This document shows, piece by piece, positions 58,076 to 64,000 of a stretch of DNA of 64,000 nt (within the stretch, counting starts at the first letter, position 1; the number at the start of each line of letters is the position of its first letter). The notes under the pieces are model-generated. The model had not been told where the DNA came from, did no database searches, and saw only the letters and a program-made list of their open reading frames with translations. Position numbers and translations under genes: made by a program. The DNA is from Candidatus Calescibacterium sp. GTDB taxonomy: Bacteria > Calescibacteriota > Calescibacteriia > Calescibacteriales > Calescibacteriaceae. The stretch spans positions 126,504 through 190,503 of the forward strand of contig JAVVGL010000001.1 of NCBI GenBank assembly GCA_032249135.1, written 5' to 3'.

Positions 58076-58906
58076 ATGTCATCAAAGCCAGAAACAGTTA
58101 TTAAACCTCCCAACAGGTTTTTGGGGGTATTTGATATAAAAGAGCTAAGAAGAAGGATAGATCTTCTTTTTGCATTTGCGGAAAGAGATATAAAAGTAAG
58201 ATATAGGCGTACATTGATAGGTATAGGTTGGGCTATTATACAGCCTTTGTTTCAGATGATAATTTTCTCCATTATTTTTGGAAAGTTTGCAAAGCTTGAA
58301 ACTGGGCAAATCCCCTACCCTGTTTATATATACTCAGCTTTGGTACCATGGCAATTTTTCTCCCGGTCCCTTACGGAGGCAAGCATGTCAGTAGTGGGTA
58401 ATGCAAGTATTATATCAAAGATATATTTTCCCCGGGTGATTTTGCCTTTGAGCGTAATTTTATCAGCAGGATTTGACTTTTTGTTTGTTTTCGCAGTCTT
58501 AATACTTCTTATGATAATATATGGCATTTTTCCATCTTTGAACATAATATTTTTCCCTCTATTTTTGATATTGCAACTTATGTGTGCTCTTGGAGTTGCT
58601 CTTTGGCTTGCTCCAATAAATGTAAAATATAGAGACGTAAAATACACATTACAATTTTTAAACCAATTATGGTTTTTTGCAACCCCAATAGTTTATCCAC
58701 CCCACATAATACCAGAGAAATGGAGAGTAATCCAGTTTTTCAATCCCATGACAGGAGTAGTTGAGGGATATAGATGGTCACTTTTAGGAACTCAACCGCC
58801 AGAACTATCACACCTTCTAATATCAATATCTACAATTCTTTTACTTTTCATAAGTGGATTCATATATTTTCACAGGCAAGAAAAAGATTTCGCAGATATA
58901 GTATAG
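58076..58906 (+). CDS. ABC-2-type transporter permease (Wzm/TagG/KpsM-like polysaccharide/teichoic-acid export)
   Basis: ERDIKVRYRRTLIGIGWAIIQPLFQMIIFSIIFG signature. 6-TM profile. No cognate ATPase gene in the window. Confidence 0.7.
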   Translation: MSSKPETVIKPPNRFLGVFDIKELRRRIDLLFAFAERDIKVRYRRTLIGIGWAIIQPLFQMIIFSIIFGKFAKLETGQIPYPVYIYSALVPWQFFSRSLTEASMSVVGNASIISKIYFPRVILPLSVILSAGFDFLFVFAVLILLMIIYGIFPSLNIIFFPLFLILQLMCALGVALWLAPINVKYRDVKYTLQFLNQLWFFATPIVYPPHIIPEKWRVIQFFNPMTGVVEGYRWSLLGTQPPELSHLLISISTILLLFISGFIYFHRQEKDFADIV

Positions 58907-58960
58907 AAAAAAGAAAATAAAAGTGCTTAGTTGTAAAATATTGTTTTCCATTGCATATAT

Positions 58961-59410
58961 TCATCTTATGAATACTTTTTTAATTTCAGATTTTTTCCAT
59001 TCAAGGTAATCTTTTATTATTTGTGAGTGGTCAAATACAAGTTTGTCAAAAGGAATCTTATCTAAATCAAAAACAAAAGCTCTTTTTGCATCATCTCCTG
59101 CTTTCAACTCCTGAGTACTATCCGCCTCTCCTACAAAAACTAAGGTCACTACATGTCCCCTTGGGTCCCTTTTTGGATCAGAATAAACGCCCAAAAATCC
59201 TTTTATTTTCACATCAAGACCTGTTTCCTCTTTTGCCTCCCTTCTTGCTGCATCTTCAACTTTTTCCCCTATCTCTATAAATCCACCCGGTAGAGCAAAA
59301 CCTCGCGGCTCATTTAATCTTTCAATAATGACTATTCCGTTTTTGTATTCTATTATTGTATCAACTGATATGAGAGGAGTTTTTGGTGGTGGCATAATTC
59401 TGATCAACAA
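58961..59410 (-). CDS. NUDIX hydrolase
   Basis: Nudix box GGFIEIGEKVEDAARREAKEETGL (GX5EX7REUXEEXGU). Confidence 0.8.
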   Translation of the reverse strand: MLIRIMPPPKTPLISVDTIIEYKNGIVIIERLNEPRGFALPGGFIEIGEKVEDAARREAKEETGLDVKIKGFLGVYSDPKRDPRGHVVTLVFVGEADSTQELKAGDDAKRAFVFDLDKIPFDKLVFDHSQIIKDYLEWKKSEIKKVFIR

Positions 59411-59413
59411 ATT

Positions 59414-59872
59414 CTAATCAACAACTTCTATTCCCATACTTTTTGCTGAACCTTCTATTATTCTCAAAGCAGCCTCGAAAGAATTCACTTTGAGATCTGG
59501 TAATTTTATTTTTGCAATTTCTTCTAAATCTTTTCTTGTAATTTTACCTACAATTTTTCTTCCGGGAGCTCCCGAACCTTTTTCAAGTTTTGCATACTTT
59601 AAAATCAAAGCAGATGTGACCGGAGTCTTTATTATGAAATCAAAAGACCTATCTTTATACACTGTTATATGAGCTGTAACAGGCATACCTTTCGGGAAAT
59701 TTTTTGATGCATCATTAAATCTTTTGCAAAATTCCGCTATATTTATTCCTCTTTGACCTAAAGCTGGACCAATTGGAGGAGCTGGGGTTGCTTCTTGGGC
59801 AGGAATTTTCAATCTGAATTTTGCAACAACCTCTTTCGCTCCTCCGCCCGCCGGTTTCTTTTCTGCCTTCAT
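59414..59872 (-). CDS. rplK: 50S ribosomal protein L11
   Basis: [40 protein letters not shown]...[28 protein letters not shown] matches L11 N- and C-domains. Has a ~15-aa N-terminal extension. Not flanked by nusG/rplA. Confidence 0.85.
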   Translation of the reverse strand: MKAEKKPAGGGAKEVVAKFRLKIPAQEATPAPPIGPALGQRGINIAEFCKRFNDASKNFPKGMPVTAHITVYKDRSFDFIIKTPVTSALILKYAKLEKGSGAPGRKIVGKITRKDLEEIAKIKLPDLKVNSFEAALRIIEGSAKSMGIEVVD

Positions 59873-59984
59873 AAAATTTCATTTTACCCTTCTCAAATTA
59901 AAAAAGAATAATTTCAAGAATTATTTTCCGCAAGTTCCGATTTTTTGTTCAGAAAAAATCACAATTTACCGAACATCTTAAATT

Positions 59985-60500
59985 TTGTCTGATATGGAAA
60001 CTCGTCCAAAAATTGCAGTTTATCCCGGGACCTTTGATCCCATAACACTTGGGCATGTCAGTGTTGTGAAGAGAGGACTTTTGGTTTTTGATAAAATTAT
60101 AGTAGCAGTAGCAAGAGATACTCATAAAAATACATTTTTCTCGTTTGATGAAAGATTCCAAATTCTGTGTGAAGTTTTCCAAGATGAACCGAGAATTGAA
60201 GTGAGAAAATTTGAGGGACTTTTGGTTGATTTCGTAAAAGAAGTTGGAACAAATATCATTTTAAGGGGATTGAGAACTGTTTCAGATTTTGAGTATGAGT
60301 TCCAGATGGCTCTTACCAACAGAAAACTTGATAACTCAATAGAAACTGTCTTTATAATGGCAGAGGATCATGTTTCTTATTTCTCTTCTTCCCTTGTCAA
60401 AGAAATAGCAAGATTAGGCGGTGATATAAGCCATCTTGTACCTCCACCTGTGATAAAATGGTTTGAAAAAAAAGGCTTAAATATTTCAAGAAAAAAGTAG
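59985..60500 (+). CDS. coaD: Phosphopantetheine adenylyltransferase
   Basis: IAVYPGTFDPITLGHVSVVKRG nucleotidyltransferase HxGH motif and ISSSLVKE motif. Confidence 0.9.
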   Translation: MSDMETRPKIAVYPGTFDPITLGHVSVVKRGLLVFDKIIVAVARDTHKNTFFSFDERFQILCEVFQDEPRIEVRKFEGLLVDFVKEVGTNIILRGLRTVSDFEYEFQMALTNRKLDNSIETVFIMAEDHVSYFSSSLVKEIARLGGDISHLVPPPVIKWFEKKGLNISRKK

Positions 60501-60510
60501 AGCCCTAAAC

Positions 60511-60771
60511 TTACTCGCTTTTTTTTCTACCTCTTTTTGATTCAAGCCAATTCAGTATCTTTTGCCTAATCTCCTCATCAATTACATTTTTTGCATCATC
60601 TTTCTCAATCACTTTCTTCAATACTTCTTTTTTCTCCGGTGCTGATAATGTAAGTTTAAACTCTATACCAGCTTCTGTGCAGAGATCCCTTAAAGTTTCA
60701 GAAAAACTCTTCCTCCAGAACCTTGAAAGTTTTTCTATTATATCGTTAAATTCTTTATCTGTGAGCGCCAT
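60511..60771 (-). CDS. Hypothetical small protein
   Basis: 86-aa ORF, charged and helical. No recognisable motif. Confidence 0.3.
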   Translation of the reverse strand: MALTDKEFNDIIEKLSRFWRKSFSETLRDLCTEAGIEFKLTLSAPEKKEVLKKVIEKDDAKNVIDEEIRQKILNWLESKRGRKKSE

Positions 60772-60849
60772 ATTGAATTAATTAATTAATTAATTAATAA
60801 AATAAAAATCCAGAAAATTTTTCTTGAATTTTTTATGCTTTTGAAATTC

Positions 60850-61917
60850 TTATGCTTTTGCTTCTACTTTCATATTTGATAATACTATATTTGCTTTTTC
60901 CTTTATATGATCCGGAAGCTCGAGCCCCAAAGATAAAGCGAGTTTCCAATCTTCTTTATAATCTTGCCCCAGAGTTGTAAGGTAGTTTCCAACCATAAGG
61001 TCGTCTGCTCCTGCTTTAATTACCCAATCTTGCTTACTTCCAAAAACAACCTCTCTGCCCCCTGCCACTTTTATTTGCTTTGTTGGATTTACAAACCTCA
61101 TCATAGCTATGCACTTTGCTGCTTCCTCTGGAGATATAATTTTTTGATTTTCCAAAGGCGTGCCAGGTCTTGGATTGAGAAAATTTATTGGAATTATTTT
61201 CGGATCAATCTTTTTAAGTTCAAAAGCTATCTCAACCCTATCCTCATTCGTTTCTCCCATACCGAAAATGCATCCACAACACACACCTATTCCTACTTGC
61301 TTGAGTATATTTATTGTTCTTATCCTATCCTCATATGTATGCGTTGTGCAAATTTTTGAGAAGAACCGCGGAGATGTTTCTATGTTGTGATTTGAGTGGT
61401 CAACTCCTGCGTCTTTGAGCTTAATAGCTTGTTTTTCAGTGAGCTCCCCTAAAGTTGCGTCAGGAGATATTCCCGGAACATTTTTTCTTATTTCCCTTAC
61501 CATCTCGCATATTATTTCAACTTCTTTATCAGTCGGACCTCTTCCAGATGTCACTATTCCAAATTTTGTTGCCCCCATATCATAAGCCTCCTTTGCCCTC
61601 CTTACTGCTTCCTCAACGCTAATTAGAGGATATCTTTTTATTTGTGTTTTCCACTTGGTAGATTGGGCGCAAAATTTGCAATCCTCGGGACACAATCCAC
61701 TTTTTGCATTCACTATTGCGCAAAAATCTATTTTATTACCTCTGAACTTTTCCCTTATTTGCGTAGCACATTCAAAAAGTACTTCAAGATAATTTGATGG
61801 AAAGTTCAAAATCATCATTGCTTCATCCTTTGTTATCTCTCCCCCATCAAGAACCTTCTTTGTCATCTCCCTTATCCTTTTCTCATACTGGTTCTCTGTA
61901 AATACCATTAGTCTCAT
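60850..61917 (-). CDS. bioB: Biotin synthase (radical SAM)
   Basis: CPEDCKFCAQS radical-SAM cluster motif matches the BioB CPEDCxYCxQS. Downstream ...YEDRIRTINILKQVGIGVCCGCIFGMGETNEDRVE... parallels the BioB 2Fe-2S region. HydE/ThiH-like relatives are not fully excluded. Confidence 0.75.
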   Translation of the reverse strand: MRLMVFTENQYEKRIREMTKKVLDGGEITKDEAMMILNFPSNYLEVLFECATQIREKFRGNKIDFCAIVNAKSGLCPEDCKFCAQSTKWKTQIKRYPLISVEEAVRRAKEAYDMGATKFGIVTSGRGPTDKEVEIICEMVREIRKNVPGISPDATLGELTEKQAIKLKDAGVDHSNHNIETSPRFFSKICTTHTYEDRIRTINILKQVGIGVCCGCIFGMGETNEDRVEIAFELKKIDPKIIPINFLNPRPGTPLENQKIISPEEAAKCIAMMRFVNPTKQIKVAGGREVVFGSKQDWVIKAGADDLMVGNYLTTLGQDYKEDWKLALSLGLELPDHIKEKANIVLSNMKVEAKA

Positions 61918-62061
61918 AATCTTATTATTTTCTTCTTTCTTGTAAACCTCAAAATTTTTTCGGGAAACTTTCTGTAAAAAATTTTTTTGAGAAAAAAATC
62001 GGAAAAAAGATAATGCTTTTTTGTAAATACCCAGAAGAATGATATAATTTTATTTTGCTAT

Positions 62062-63021
62062 ATGGAAGAAAGGAAAAAAAATATCATTTTTTTTGCGGTA
62101 GTTCTGTTAATCTCATTGTTATCTTTACTTTATCTTGCGTCAAAAATAGGGAAAATATGGAGTGGAGGATACAAAACCATATACGCAAAATTTGAGAATA
62201 TTAAAGGACTCGCAGAAAAGGCAGAAGTCAGACTTGGCGGAGTAAAAGTAGGATATGTAGATAAAATGAAAATTGAACTTGATAAAGAAAAAATTTCAGT
62301 CAAACTTGAAATGAAAATAAAAAAAGATGTTCCTTTAAGGAAAGATTTTGAAGCCCAAATAAGAATGAAAAGCCTTCTCGGAGAAAAATTCGTAGAACTT
62401 GTCCCAACAGGAAAAGGAGATATTTCTCCTGCACCGGATGGTTTTACAATAGAGAAAACAAAAATTCTGTTTGAACCTGATGAGCTTATAATGTCTTTTG
62501 AACCCTTCATAAAAAGTTTGGATCCACAAGTCATAAGGGAATTAGCAAACATAGCCCCAGAGCTTGTAAAAAATATCACCCCTTTAATTCAAAATACCTC
62601 TGAACTCATAGAAAAACTTGACAAAACCCTTGAAGAATCAGCAAAAATTGTGAGTGGATTGGAAAAAACAATAAAAGTTGGAAATGAGATGCTAGAACTA
62701 CTTGCTTACAATAAAAACAATATAGAAAAATTGCTGCGTGTGTCTCCAGAATTGGTTCAAAATATAAACAACTCTATACCTGAACTTCTTACAACAGTCA
62801 AAAGTGTAAATGAAACTTTGGCATATCTTAACCAAAATCAAAAAGATAGTTTCTCTCGCATATTTGAGATAACTCCGCAAGTTCTTTTAGAAACTCAAAA
62901 GCTCCTCATTAACCTCAATAATATGATGCCAGAATTCCAAAAAGTAATGACAGAAGCCATACCTATGATAAGAAAACTCAACGAAATATTAGAAAAGGGA
63001 GTGAAAGTAAGAGTGTTTTAA
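62062..63021 (+). CDS. MlaD/MCE-domain protein
   Basis: N-terminal TM anchor followed by the MCE domain (...YKTIYAKFENIKGLAEKAEVRLGGVKVGYVDKMKIE...) and a long helical C-terminus. Confidence 0.7.
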   Translation: MEERKKNIIFFAVVLLISLLSLLYLASKIGKIWSGGYKTIYAKFENIKGLAEKAEVRLGGVKVGYVDKMKIELDKEKISVKLEMKIKKDVPLRKDFEAQIRMKSLLGEKFVELVPTGKGDISPAPDGFTIEKTKILFEPDELIMSFEPFIKSLDPQVIRELANIAPELVKNITPLIQNTSELIEKLDKTLEESAKIVSGLEKTIKVGNEMLELLAYNKNNIEKLLRVSPELVQNINNSIPELLTTVKSVNETLAYLNQNQKDSFSRIFEITPQVLLETQKLLINLNNMMPEFQKVMTEAIPMIRKLNEILEKGVKVRVF

Positions 63022-63027
63022 AAATGA

Positions 63028-63150
63028 GAAACGAAAAAAATTGAAAAAGCAATAAAGACAATAAAAGGCAAAATTGAAACAAGAGGCTTAAAAGTTGTAA
63101 AGGTAATTCTTTTCGGTTCAAGAGCAAAAGGAACACCAAAAGAAGATTAG
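63028..63150 (+). pseudogene. Truncated minimal nucleotidyltransferase (MNT, antitoxin-type) fragment
   Basis: Frame reads ...KIETRGLKVVKVILFGSRAKGTPKED then TAG-TGA. This matches the GS-x-A-x-G...(E/D)SD core of MNT/Pol-beta nucleotidyltransferases but is cut before the second Asp. No start codon. Confidence 0.45.
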
Positions 63151-63302
63151 TGACTGAGATTTTCTAATTTTATAATTGATAAAAGATTTGGATAAAATAC
63201 AAAATGGAACATAATTATCAAAATCAAACGGGAACCTGCACCCCTGAAAATACCCAACGACATCATTATTAACCCAGTAAGAGAGTTTTAAGGACTAAAC
63301 TC

Positions 63303-63600
63303 TCCGAAACCATTTACAAATGCAATTTGTTTTCATTGCCAGCAATGTGTTGAGAAGTACTTAAAAGCATATCTTACTTTTTTGGGAAACCTTTTAGAAA
63401 AACGCATGACCTTGCAGAACTGATAAATAAATGGTAGAATTAGATAATGATTTCCAAATCCTTTTTGACATGAATGTAGATAAATTGACTCAATATGCAA
63501 TAGATGCAAGGTACCCGCAAAAGTTTTTTCTCCCAGATATTCCTGATGCAAAAGAAGCGATTGAAATCAAAAAGCGATTGAAATCGCAGAAAAAGTTATA
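63303..63600 (+). pseudogene. Frameshifted HEPN-domain (toxin-type) remnant
   Basis: Across shifted frames: CQQCVEKYLKAYLTFLGN, THDLAELINKW, ...LTQYAIDARYPQKFFLPDIPDAKEAIEIKKRL, which is the HEPN helix pattern with the conserved ARYP. Directly downstream of the MNT fragment, the canonical MNT-HEPN order. Confidence 0.45.
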
Positions 63601-63752
63601 AATTCCGTTATTGAAAAATTAAAAAAAAGGAAAATTTTTTAAAGATTAGAAAAATATGGAGGAATCATAGGAGTTGAAGGTTTTATTTTGGGAAAATTTT
63701 GTATATTACCTAAAAGAATTTTAATTCAGATATAATAATAAAGAGGATTTAG

Positions 63753-64000
63753 ATGGATATTTCCACTCTAAATCTTATAATAGGAGCAATTTCTACTATC
63801 CTAATTATATTTTCATTTTTAGTATTTATAACTTCACCCCAATCTACCACCGATTATGATAGAGAAAGAGTAGAAAAAGAAAGTAGCTCTGTCCCAGAGG
63901 CTTTAAGAGGAATTTATAATGCAGTTGGGAATTGGTTATATTGGATAGTTTCAAAATCTAAATTTCTCCATAATATAAACCCACAAAGCTTATCTTTTAT
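63753..64000 (+). CDS. 5' part of a small membrane protein ORF running off the window end
   Basis: ATG at 63753, then MDISTLNLIIGAISTILIIFSFLVFITSPQ... (one TM helix), with no stop before the window end. Confidence 0.3.
   Translation, partial: MDISTLNLIIGAISTILIIFSFLVFITSPQSTTDYDRERVEKESSSVPEALRGIYNAVGNWLYWIVSKSKFLHNINPQSLSF

Noticed and set aside
1-64000. Prophage, IS element or integron content
   Set aside because: No integrase, transposase, terminase, capsid or attC-like structures were recognised in any frame. The only mobile-element trace is the decayed MNT-HEPN pair.

Overview
This is a low-GC (~32-34%), gene-dense bacterial chromosomal window. It has no rRNA, CRISPR, transposase or integrase. 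Many proteins carry Lys/Glu-rich low-complexity insertions. Housekeeping genes, in window order: guaA, DsbA-like, cdsA, trpD, psd, Zn-ADH, argC, ruvC, uppP, rpiB-glyA fusion, msrAB, GT2, dnaK, TetR, rph, nfeD, hisA, YegS-like lipid kinase, ABC-2 permease, NUDIX, rplK, coaD, bioB, MlaD/MCE. Motility and chemotaxis genes are scattered: fliG, flgK-flgL, a PilZ protein, cheW. There is one tRNA-Gly(GCC). Two accessory islands stand out.

(1) 28.3-36.5 kb, minus strand: three consecutive large secreted proteins share Cys-rich CNGxDDNCDG-type repeats. The last is a 1555-aa protein with a thermolysin-like HExxH domain and a PKD domain.

(2) 45.4-54.1 kb: a 1984-aa RHS/YD-repeat polymorphic-toxin gene ends in an HExxH, Cys-rich C-terminal toxin domain. 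Two paralogous lipoprotein genes follow it; the first overlaps the RHS stop.

The most striking observation is shared by both islands. In each giant gene the ATG start and signal peptide sit upstream of the annotated TTG start, in a different frame. A simple-sequence tract separates them: G8 at 36496-36503 for the protease, (AG)9 at 45473-45490 for the RHS gene. Changing the tract by one unit restores a complete signal-peptide-bearing ORF. That is the signature of slipped-strand phase-variable (contingency) loci.

Other notable items are a coiled-coil protein built from 21-bp tandem repeats with a nuclease-like C-terminal domain, a secreted RCC1-propeller protein, a degraded MNT-HEPN toxin-antitoxin remnant, an orphan LivH permease beside the tRNA, and an isolated rplK.
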